Shown here: positions 39,901 to 50,500 of the stretch, in pieces
Numbering within the stretch: position 1 is the stretch's first letter
Layout of the letters: every line of letters begins with the position of its first letter
Origin: Macrostomum hystrix
Taxonomy: Eukaryota > Animalia > Platyhelminthes
Reading direction: 5' to 3'
NCBI GenBank assembly: GCA_950097015.1
Contig: CATNEN010000001.1
Span: forward strand, 11,470,001-11,534,000
DNA length: 64,000 nt
Position numbers and translations under genes: made by a program
The notes under the pieces: model-generated
The model's database searches: none
Seen by the model: only the letters and a program-made list of their open reading frames with translations
What the model was told of the DNA's origin: nothing

Positions 39901-42900
39901 CCGATCCCAAATCACTTCGATCCCAAATCACTTCGATCCCAAATCACTCCAATCCCAAATCACTTCGATCCCAAATCACTCCGATCCCAAATCACTCCAA
40001 TCCCAAATCACTTCGATCCCAAATCACTTCGATCCCAAATCACTCCGATCCCAAATCACTTCGATCCCAAATCACTCCGATCCCAAATCACTCCGATCTT
40101 AAATCACTTCGCTTTAATAACTAAAACCGCTACAATAATGCTAATGCTTTAACCCACCAGGGCTACAATTTCATTGCGAAATCGCAACACGGCGAACGTC
40201 AGCAGCAGCACCAGGGGTAGCGGCAAAGGCAAGCCGCCACAGAGGCCAGTTAGCGAAGAAGAGTTTCGGGTGCAGCTGACTCACCGCAAGGAGGACGGCA
40301 GCACGGAGCTTCTCTGTCGCCAGTTCAACAGCCGCGAATGGACCAGCGAACAGCGGTCGATCACGCGCGCTTTCAATCCCAGCCATAGCGCCCGCTTCAA
40401 AGTGGAGATTCACACATCGTCTGTGGCTTTCAATGTAAGCCTGGTTGATGCCTTCATTTCAAAAATATTTGAGTGAAATTTTTCGCGTACTCATGAATAG
40501 TTCGTACAAATTACAGAACTTTTTAAATCCCCAACTATCTACTATTTCTGTACCATACTCTTTTATCGATCTTTTCCCTTCCTCTTTAACCTCCTCTGTT
40601 TCTCTTGTGTCTTATCTCATCTCTACAGTGTCTCATCTCCGCCAAGTGTCTAATCTCTCCCAATCTTCCAACATGACTGCCGCAGGTTCGCTTCGAGGAT
40701 TCAGTCTGCGTGCAGCCGCACACAATACCATTCTCAAACTTCACCCACCTGGTGTTGGACGGCTACAACGACTATCAGAACATCGAGTTCCCAGACGAAC
40801 TCGAGTTGCCGTACAGTGAAGAATTTCCGCAGTCGCTGGATCTAGTTGGTCACATCTTAGTCAAGCTGCAACTGAATGCCAATGTCCAGCAAAGTGCAAA
40901 GTCTGCCGGACAATGTCTGCCGATCGCCTTCGGTCTGGACCACGGTGCGGCCATGCTCTGCGTCCTGGACCCGGCCAAGCAGAGCGTCTCGGTGGGCCGG
41001 ACAGTGCCGGAAACTGGCGGCTTCCTGTGCGACACCAAAGTCGACAGGGTGCCCGATTTGGTCAACCTTCGCAGCATCATGCTGAGGATGGACACAGCCT
41101 CTGTGCTGGTGAGATGCCGCGTCTATGCAGACTCTATTGATGAGGGGAAATGTCTGAGAAACTAATTCACTATGGACTCAGGGGTGACCCTTAATTACCC
41201 ATTAACAGTAGAAAGACAACGCTATTTCACTGCCTACTTCGCGATAGTTCCCAAACCAAATGACCGATTTTCGTAAAAGTCCACCATATGGATCCAAACT
41301 TTCCGCCCTTTACGATGAACTAACTTTCAAGACGTCTGACGTCAGCACCGTCGGGATATTCAACGATTCTTGACAATTTTTGCTGCTTAGTGGTTTTTGC
41401 CACTAAAACATCCCCCGACGAGAATCGTTGAATATCTCGACGATGTTGACATCAGACGTCAAACATCAGACGTTGCCGATGTTTTCTGATTCTGAAAGTA
41501 AAGTGTCTCGCTTAAGTGCACAAATTGTTCCAGTGGAGTACAAGAATCGAACCCCCGACCTTCAAGTCGTGAGTCCGACGCTCTAACCATGAAGCTAAAA
41601 CCATCTAGCTCTGTTTCATGTTTGAGTTATAAATTCAGACGATCTGTAAGAGTAGATTTTGTTAGAAATATGAACTATCACGCTAGAGATATTAGCAAAA
41701 AAACAAATAATAATATAATAATACAATTGCAGATTCTTCTCGACGGCAAGCCTGTGCTGTCCTACAATCTGCTAACCCAGAAGCACTACATCACCAGCTT
41801 CTTCATTGATGGCAACTTCTTACTTAAGGACGTATCTTGGAAGGAAAAGGTAGACATGATGAGACACGGGAGAGATGAGACACGGGAGAGATGAGACACG
41901 GGAGAGATGAGACACGGGGGGAGATGAGACGCGGGAGAGATGAGACACGGGAGAGATGAGACACGGGAGAGATGAGACGCGGGAGAGATGAGACACGGGA
42001 GAGATGAAACAGGGAAGAGATGAGACGCGGGAGGTCATTTTTTAGTTAGTGGGGAAAGCAAGTGGTTTCGTCGTCCGTAGACCTGGAAAAGTAGCCGCAT
42101 CGCGACTCGAATTCTCTCCAGCGGGCGTCAAAGTGGACGCCAATACCGCCGAGTTTCCAAGTGGGTCGCAGCATCCGGGTCGCCGGCCTTCTGCCTAGTG
42201 ACGGTCGCAGCGTCTGCAGCATCGCACTGACCGTCGACACGGATCTGGACTCGTCAACGGGTTCAAGAAGTCCGGCTGAGGGAGATTCCACCGCCGCTTT
42301 CTGCCTCCGCTGCGAGCCGGGACGTCAGCCGACTGTGGCATCGTCGGCTTCGTCAGCCAGCGTGACAATGCAGCGGCCCCCGCTGGCATCCGGGCAGCGC
42401 TTCGAGGCCCACATCCTGTGCCGACTGACCGGCTTCGAGGTGACACTCGGCGACTGCGAGGCCGGGGTCTGCCAGGTGCCGCACGGCGTTGAACCGCGGC
42501 TGTTGCGCTCGGTTCGACTGACCGGAGGTGCGGTGTTCTACGAGGTCGAATTCAACGAGCTGCTCGGCCTGCCCTACATGAATCGGTTTCCAGTCAGCCT
42601 GAAAGAGTCGCGCTTTGTCACAGTCGATGTCGCCAATGGCCTGCATGCTCCGAGGCCCAACACGTGAGCTTCCTACAATAATTTTATGAATGACGTCACC
42701 GATCATGCGAAGTTCATTGTGTATTGATGTGTGATCTTATGAGGGGTGAGTGGCAGAGCGGTCAACGTGTCTGCCTCTCGCACCAAGGTCCCTTAGTTCG
42801 ATTCCGCGGCGAGGCCACATTTATTTGGAGCGCAGCCGCGGAGAGAAGGCTTGGGGGCTTGTCGTGCAGTTTACGCCCATGAGGGCCAACCTCAAAGGCA

Positions 42901-44525
42901 CAGTGAGAGTGTACCCTGCCTGGCGATGAGAAAGTCTATGACGATAGAATCAGCAGCGAGAATTGCCTCCTCGCTTGTCTTGCAGCATCAGCTTCGCTCT
43001 GTGCACCGGTCCGGGCGACTCCTGCCTGAAGCCGCTTGTCTGCGAGTTCAACATGGCGCAGGGCTACGCCTCAGTGGCCTGGGCAGATGCGGCAGGGCAG
43101 CTGTGCGATGAGGCCACTCGAAAGTTTGATCCGAGACTCGCTGGCGAAATTGAGACTGTGGCGCTACAGGCCACCGACTCTGATTACATTGTGAGTGTTG
43201 CTGGGGTTGCCAGTGTGAGAGCCCCAAAACCCTTTAACCCCAGACTCTTTGACTTAGCGGTAGGGAGCCTCCGTGACGGCCCCAGACTCTTTAACACCAA
43301 GTCTTCAACCTCAGAATCTTCAACTTAAGACCCATCAAACCTAGACCTTTCGATCTATGAACCTTCAACCCATGAACCTTCAACCCATGAACCTTCAACC
43401 CATGAACCTTCAACCCATGAACCTTCAACCCATGAACCTTCAACCCAAGACCCTTCAACCCAAGACCCTTCAACCTATGAACCTTCAACCCATGAACCTT
43501 CAACCCATGAAAATTTTACCCAAGACCCTTCAACCCAAGACCCTTCAACCCAAAACCCCACAACCCAAGACCCTTTAACCCAAACCCTTCAGCCACAGAC
43601 CCATCAATCTCAATCCCTTTAACCCCAGACCCTTCAACCCAAGAGTCTTCAGCCACAGACTCTACAACTCTAGACCTCAGACACTTCTACACTAGACACT
43701 TAAACTTAAGACCCGACAGCTCCAGTGCTTTCAACCCCAGGCTATTCAATCCAAGACCTTTCAACCCGGGCCTATTCAATCCAAGACCTTTCAACCCGGG
43801 CCTATTCAATCCAAGACCTTTCAACCCGGGCCTATTCAATCCAAGACCTTTCAACCCGGGCCTATTCAATCCAAGACCTTTCAACACGGGCCTATTCAAT
43901 CCAAGACCTTTCAACACGGGCCTATTCAATTTCTGACCCTGACCCTACTACACTTCAATCTCAGATGTTGCAAGCCCACTTCCTACAACCACAGACCCTT
44001 CAACCCCAATCCCTACAATCCAAAAACCCTTCAGCCACAGACCCTAAAACCCCATATCCGCATCATGTGATCCTAATATACCCTAACCCTACAACCCCAG
44101 TCCTTTCTCACTAATTTACTACAAATCCGGCCTCTAAAACCCAAGTCACACAACCCAAAAACCCTGGGCCTCTATATCCAAAGCCGGAATAATATAAAAG
44201 ATCGCTTTAAAAAAAATCTAGCTCCATTAAGTTTTCACCAGATTTCCCAAATACCCAGCCAAAAAAAGTTTTTTTAACAATTGAAATTCTCCGTCCCCAG
44301 TTGTCCGTGAACGAAACGGCCCTAATAAAGTATCCGGTGAGGCATAATCTGGACGAAATTCAATACGTTCTCATCGATGGTGACATCTGCATTAACAGTG
44401 TGCAATTCGAGGGCAAGGTGAGAGAATGCAAATCTATTTTTTAAATCACAAATTCAAACCGTTTTCTAAGAAATCACGCACCCACTCGTGAACAGGCTGC
44501 AAGTCCCAGCTGCTGCATCAACTGA
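30840..44525 (+). CDS. Giant multi-galectin-like protein (~2,019 aa, 15 coding exons): 30840-30842, 30918-31000, 32414-32654, 33330-33537, 33773-35449, 36369-37123, 37526-38815, 39188-39282, 40161-40434, 40686-41108, 41733-41849, 42122-42663, 42986-43190, 44301-44417, 44496-44525
   Basis: All junctions are GT-AG with matching phases and the total is 6060 nt. Five galectin-fold-like units are recognised by eye. They begin with patterns such as FTYDIPDGLIEGDCVEVKG and PFVAHLPEPLRSGRRIIVGG, and end with patterns such as IQMLSLDGEAEFLAVEF and IQYVLIDGDICINSVQF. Unit 2 carries WTSEQR (galectin W-x-x-E-x-R). The acceptors at 37526 and 42122 are best guesses. Confidence 0.7.
31069..31312 (-). mobile_element. 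SINE family A, truncated
   Basis: Reverse-complement match to 24016-24380. Confidence 0.85.
31738..32348. repeat. 19-20-bp minisatellite CTATCCAACAGGTGAAAACA
   Basis: Intronic tandem array. Confidence 0.95.
32870..33285. repeat. 39-bp minisatellite AGCTACTCAAAGGTGACTAATTGAGCATGGTACCGTCAT
   Basis: Intronic tandem array with degenerate flanks. Confidence 0.93.
35505..35750 (-). mobile_element. SINE family A, truncated
   Basis: Reverse-complement match to the family A body. Confidence 0.85.
39310..40110. repeat. 16-bp minisatellite CCGATCCCAAATCACT
   Basis: Fills most of intron 39283-40160. Confidence 0.96.
41250..41495 (+). mobile_element. Unclassified dispersed element with internal ~42-bp inverted repeat
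   Basis: Starts cccaaaccaaatgaccgattttcgtaaaagtccacc and contains the imperfect IR gacgtctgacgtcagcaccgtcgggatattcaacgattct...agaatcgttgaatatctcgacgatgttgacatcagacgtc. Related copies lie at 50754-51132 (+) and 52095-52201 (-). Confidence 0.65.
41505..41596 (-). mobile_element. SINE family B head fragment
   Basis: gaatcgaacccccgaccttcaagtcgtgagtccgacgctctaacca is the near-exact reverse complement of the tRNA-like head at 62400. Confidence 0.8.
41857..42033. repeat. 16-bp minisatellite GAGATGAGACACGGGA
   Basis: Intronic tandem array. Confidence 0.93.
42743..42975 (+). mobile_element. SINE family A, internally deleted, abutting a splice acceptor
   Basis: Head and body match family A and end in aattgcctcctcgct. 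Confidence 0.85.
43325..43930. repeat. 15-bp (AACCTTCAACCCATG) array and a related 30-bp array
   Basis: Intronic tandem arrays. Confidence 0.9.
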
Positions 44526-45200
44526 GCCATCTACAATGGAACCTTTAACTACTTGTCCTGCGATAGAACAATTTCTGTTTGAATTTCAATACAGTTTTGT
44601 TGAGTTTCCGACTTGATATTTCAAATTCGATCAATTTTTCATAGTTTCGATTTCAACAAAGAATGTTTCATATTTAGCTCAAATAATTCTGGAAACAAAA
44701 ATGTTTTTGCATATGTTTTGTCCGAATTTAAAATGTGTTTAATATAGTTACTAACATTTTTTACTCCCTACTATTCGGCTCGCTACAAAATTCATTGTAA
44801 ACTGAAAGCATGCGCTAAAATGTAATCTAGTTTTTTATTGCCTGTTGTTCTGTTCCTAAATTTTCTATGCTTTTCTCATCAGCTTAATCCTTTTTTTACA
44901 AATGCACTAGTAATTTTGAGACCAATTTTTGAAATATTTTTCTCAACTGTGCTTGATTTTCGCAACCATATTGTACTAAGAAGTCAAATCAATAGGGCGA
45001 ATGAAAATATAATTAAACACGTGTTATTGAAGACAGTTTTTTAATTTTCCTGTTTTGATAGTACTGCAAGTAGGATAGTTTGCGTTTTTGTGTTTCTGAC
45101 AAGAATCTTCTAGACTTAGAGCAGATTTTGCAGATCATGCTCAATTGTTGGTCAACTTCAAGATGGCAAATAAAAATACATTGTCTAATCTCTGTTTTAA

Positions 45201-45520
45201 GGGGGTCGGTGGCAAAGCGGTTCACGCGTTTGCCTCTCGCACCAAGGTCCCTAAGTTCGACTCCGCGGCGAGGCCACATTCATTTGGGGCGCAGCCGCGG
45301 TGAGAAGGCTTTGAGGGCTTGTCGTGCAATTTAAGCCCTTGAGGGTCAACCTCCAAGGCACTGTGAGAGTGTACTCTGCCCGCCTGTGTGAGCGTGTGCC
45401 TGCGTACGGTATCTGTGTGCGTGTGTGCTCAGGAGTCAGCGAAATGGGCAGAATTGCCCCCTCGCTGGCTGCGGGTCTAGTGTCACCGAATGATGTGCCA
45501 TTGCCTGCAGCCGTCCTGTA
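45201..45520 (+). mobile_element. SINE family A, near full length
   Basis: Colinear with 24016-24380 apart from a small deletion. Confidence 0.88.
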
Positions 45521-47557
45521 AAAGTTATAAATAATTTTTATTATTAAGCCATGTCATGCTTTCATAGACTTTTAAAAGATTTTTTTGTTGTTCAGAGTGG
45601 TAGAATGCACTTTCTACGGCTCGATGGCTTATATTCTATGTGCGGAAACACGTGGACGAGGAGCTAATGAAATTTCAACGCTTGGCAAAGTTTGCGTCAA
45701 CAAAAATTTGCGTCAGTGTGCCAGCATTTCGTGTACAGTTGCTTATTCCGTTGCTGCGCAGCGTTAGACCTAATGCCAGATCAAGATTGCAACTTGCCTG
45801 CGCGAACTTCCGTAACGCGTTCTTAATATTGGCAGGTAATTCTATAAGCGCCAATCTCAAAGACTTGAGTTTAGTTTGTCAGAGTTTAATACTCTACCCA
45901 GCGCAGAAAAACGAATTCTAGCTCCTATAAAAACAACTCGGAAATAAGTATCTTGTTTTCTTCATTTTTTTATTAGTTATCAGCTTTAATATTAATATCT
46001 GCATATATACTAAGTATATCTTCTAAAATTACTCTCAGGACTGAAGCCTCAGGACTTCATGATTTATTTCTACCAGGTCAATCTGAATATTGTCAGAATA
46101 TTTTATGCTTAAGACCATGTTAATTTAATATTGCAATCACACGAAACTCAGGAACACGGGCCAAATTTTCGTTGCACATTTCTGAAACAACAATCAAGTC
46201 GCCAGCTCTTCAGACCGTCGAGATATTCAATAGTTCTGGCCGAAGGTCGGATTTTACCCATAAGCGCTAGTGTATTTCATACACACCTCTACACGAATTA
46301 GCACTGCGCCTCAGTGCGGCCTTACGGCCAGGCATTCAAATTTTATCAGCATGTCACCCGAAAGTGCCTGTATCATCTCCGTCTTCGGTGGTCACCGACC
46401 TTTATCTAGACGGACTGCTGGACCTTCAAGAGCTACAACTGGTGGAACTACGCCACTATGGACACCCAGACGCGAATTTCTCCGATTTCACTGATCAAAC
46501 CTAAATATTAGGCGCAGCTCAACCACAGGCGCTGCCAAAAAAGTCCCACTGTTACTACAGGTCTTGTAAAGATAGCAGAACGGGAGCGCTTAACATTTTA
46601 GCGTGAAAATGTGAAAATTTCCTCAGTAGTACCTTGTTTTCGGTGAAAACCAGCATCCTCAACTTTTTCAAATTAATTTCGTTCTTCCAAGTCTTGTGGT
46701 CCTGGGGCTGTCAAAACTATTTTTAGAAAGCACTTGACGTCAGCTGTACAAGGATCGTCACTAACATACGGTGTCATGTGATTTTTTGCTGGCGTATATA
46801 CACAAACTGACTGTTTATTAAGCTGGCTATGCAATGAGCTTGCATTAAAACAAAATCCGTTGAAATTTAGTTGACCCTGTTCGTGTGCTCCAGTCTGCTG
46901 CCAGTCTGTGCATGCATCACTGTAGAAAATGTTGCATAATCTGTGCATGTGTCCAGGCCTTACCTATAGTTGCTGCTACAATTAGGTCTAGTATCATATC
47001 TGTTTATCTTTTCTGACGTCAATTAGCTATTGCAGGTATCGGCACTACAAGCATTATACCTGTGACTCAGTCTTTAGCAGATATCACGAGACATAACCGT
47101 GTTATTTATTCTAGGAACAGAATCGGGTGTGTTTTGTTTATAGAATGATGAAATAAATCAGTGTTTAAAGAACAGCAATGACCCTGCAGTATGTGCAGAT
47201 GTTTAAAACAGTTTAAAAGGTTCAAAGCTTGATAACTACATGTGTCGATGACAGTAAAGTCTGAATTTAGCTACACATCGATTGCTACATGCACAAAAAT
47301 GCTAATTCTCGGTTTTGCGTCGCCATGCAGGTTTTCTTCAGACTACTTTCTTGGCCAAGGCAGAGAACATTTAGAATGTGCATCGAATGCGTACATTCTG
47401 TGTCTGCTGCTATTCGCTCATATGCGCACATAAATACTGAGAGAGAAGAGTCAGTCCTGACTAAATCCTGAAAAGGAACTTTACATACCTCATTGTATAA
47501 ATTTTATCTCGTGGACGAATTCTTCAAATATCAATCGGCGTCACCCAGCAGGTACTA

Positions 47558-50500
47558 ATGAACCTATTCTTGCCCATGCTGCTGCCGCTAGTCCTGACTA
47601 GCTTGGCAGTGACGGACGCTGCCGCCGCAGCAGCAGCTGGAGACGGAAGCAATCGTTGTGAATGGTTGGACAAGTCGCACGCTGGAATTACCCGATTCTC
47701 TGTGCTGCCAGGTGAGACCACGGTAACTGTGAGCTGCAAACTCTGTACTTGTAAATTGTTTAGACACTTTCTCCACTTGTGCATCAATTTTTCCACATAT
47801 CACACACCAACTATGCGTATTACCTGTTTAGGACATTACTAGAAAAATTGTAAGTTCGCCTCGCCCAGAATAAGAACTCATGACCTCCGGCCACGTTAAA
47901 AAATTGAATTTCTGAGTTTTCTAATTGAAACAACAAAGTTGGTTCCCGCATGGTGCTGAGTAGCAGAGCGGTTAACGCGTTTGCCTCTCGCACCAAGGTC
48001 CCTGAGCTCGATCCCGCGGCGAGGCCCTTTCATTTGGGGCGCAGCCGCGGAGAGAAGGCTTTTGAGGGCTTGGCGTGCATTTACGCTCTTGAGGGCAAAC
48101 CTCCAAACTACGGTGAGAGTGACCCTGCCTGAGGGCAGATGTACACACCGGTGTTAGTTTGTGTCACAGTTAATGGATTTGTATTTTAATGGTAAATTCC
48201 TGTTTATACCAATATTAGCTACTTGCAATATCTGAGACTTTACTACTGGTAGTACATCTGGCCAAACTTTTTCAGGTGTAATATTCTTTTCTTATCACTT
48301 AAGACACTCAAAGGGCCCTATTGAGGGCGGTCGGACTTCCTTAAACTTGAGAAACGACCTAATCCATCTTGTTCCCCCAGGCGGTGGCTGGGACAACCTC
48401 CGCAATCGTGACATGGGCCTCGTTGCCGACCTGTCCTTCACTGACTGCGTCCTGTCCGACGATGGCACCTTTGTAACGCCAAGTCACGTGATTCTCTATC
48501 CGAAACACGAATCCCAGGTGAGTCTTATATCCAACGTCATGGAGCACTACGAGAACTACACCAGCTCGACAAGCTTCAGCGTGAACCTCGGTGGCAACGG
48601 CATCTTTCACGGCATCGGCATTGACGGAAAGTTCAGCGACGAGTTTCAGCAGGTCAAGAAGACTGCACTGTCCAGCAAGACGCAGATTGGTCGCACCCAG
48701 CAGAGGTACAACATGTACGCTGCCAGGCTGCAGCCCGACTTCAAGCTGAGCGAGAGCTTCTCCAATCGGCTTATTGACATCGCCAACGCCCAGATCAACA
48801 GACAGATTGGCACAGCCAGGTCTGCAACAGCTGTTGCAACAGCACGAGTGCACGTAGCGTGCTTTTTGCCATAGATGCAATAGTTGGCCTTCATGAAGCG
48901 CGTCCTAATTTGACTCACATCATTCTACCATAGACAGTCAATTTTACACACCTCGGGTTGCAAGTGGAATTCAATGAATCTGTGCCGTATACTAAATCAA
49001 AAAGACAATCAATAAGCACTTAGAGTCAAATGACAATGTCTGGTAAAGTCTGACTCCTTGTCCCCTGGTCTGTATGCCTCTCAATGCCTTCCAGTGCAGA
49101 AGGGCGGCACAACGAGGGAGCGACACTACCACAGGGGCGTCACTACCACGGGGGCTTCACTACCACGGGGGCGTCACTACCACGGGGGCGTCACTACCAC
49201 GGGATCCTCACTACCACAGGGGCGTCACTACCTCGTGGTCGCAAACCGGAGGGGCGCGAACTAGGTATACACGAACGCACGAAGCAACCTTATGGTTTTG
49301 CAAAGAACATAAGTAATGCATTTAGCAAAATATTTCCAAGAAACTAAGAAGCTTTGCCATAGTGATCCTTGCCTGCTCAATAAAATCGAATCCCGCACCA
49401 GGTACCTGGCCGACCTACTCGTTCGCGACTTCGGCACCCACGTCGTGACCTCGGTAGATGCCGGAGCCATCCTGGAGAAGCTGGACTTTTTCAATCGCAA
49501 CTCGCTCACCTCCTCCGTGTTCACCAGCAACAAGCTGTCCCAGTGTCTGAGTGTCAGCTTCGCCAAGCTATTCGGCATGAACTACGAGTCCAGCTTGACC
49601 GTCACCACGGAAGATGTTCAGAAGTACGTCAGCAGCGTCCAGAAGACAACAGTCAACACCCACGGCGGACCGCCCATTGGAGCCAAGATCAACCTGTCCG
49701 ACTGGGAGGCCCGGTTGAGAGAGAATCTCGTAGCCATCGACAAACTGGGCGAGCCATTGTTTGCCGTTATCAGCGAACGCTCGCTGCCGCAGATTCCGCT
49801 GCCTCGGGTCACTGGTGTCATCGATGCTGTAAAGGAGGCCGTGCTGCGGTGAGCAATGAAACCTGAGGATTGAGGGATGAAGGAGGGGAGATGCTAGGTT
49901 TTTGAGAGAAGACAGAGTGTAGGTTCGCCACGCGGGTGGGTCGGTGGCAGAGCGGTCTAACGCGTCTGCCTCTCGCACCATGATCCCTGAGCTCGATTCC
50001 GCGGCGAGGCCACTTTTATTTGAAGCGCAACCATGGAGAGAAGTCTTTGAGGGCTTGTCGTGCAATTGACGCCCTTGAAGGCCAACCTCCAAGGTGAGAA
50101 AGTCAGGGCAAATGTACACACCTGTGTGAGTGCTTGCTCAAGAGTAAGTGAGATCGGCAGAATTGTCTCTTCGCTGGCTGCGCGTCTACTGCCGCCAAAA
50201 TGATGTGCCATTGCCCGCAGCCTTGAATCTTGTCAAATTAATAAAATTAACCAATTAAACCACGAAACCTACTTCGCAAATAGCTACTACAAGGCCAACG
50301 AAGTGAAGGGCTGCCAGGATCCGAACTCCGCCAACTTCGATCCGCTGGCCAATGTGGACGGAGTTTGCCAGCCGAGGCTGACAAACTTCTCCTTCGCCGG
50401 AGTCTATCAGACCTGCCGCGAGTCCAATCCGGGCCTCGGCCTGAGCCTGTGCGGCCAGGCCGGCAGTCCGCTGCAGAGAAACCCCATGACTGGAGACTTC

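Noticed and set aside
49020-49265. Helitron 3' end (hairpin followed by CTAG)
   Set aside because: The CTAG is not followed by T, the hairpin is weak, and no 5' TC end or second copy was found.
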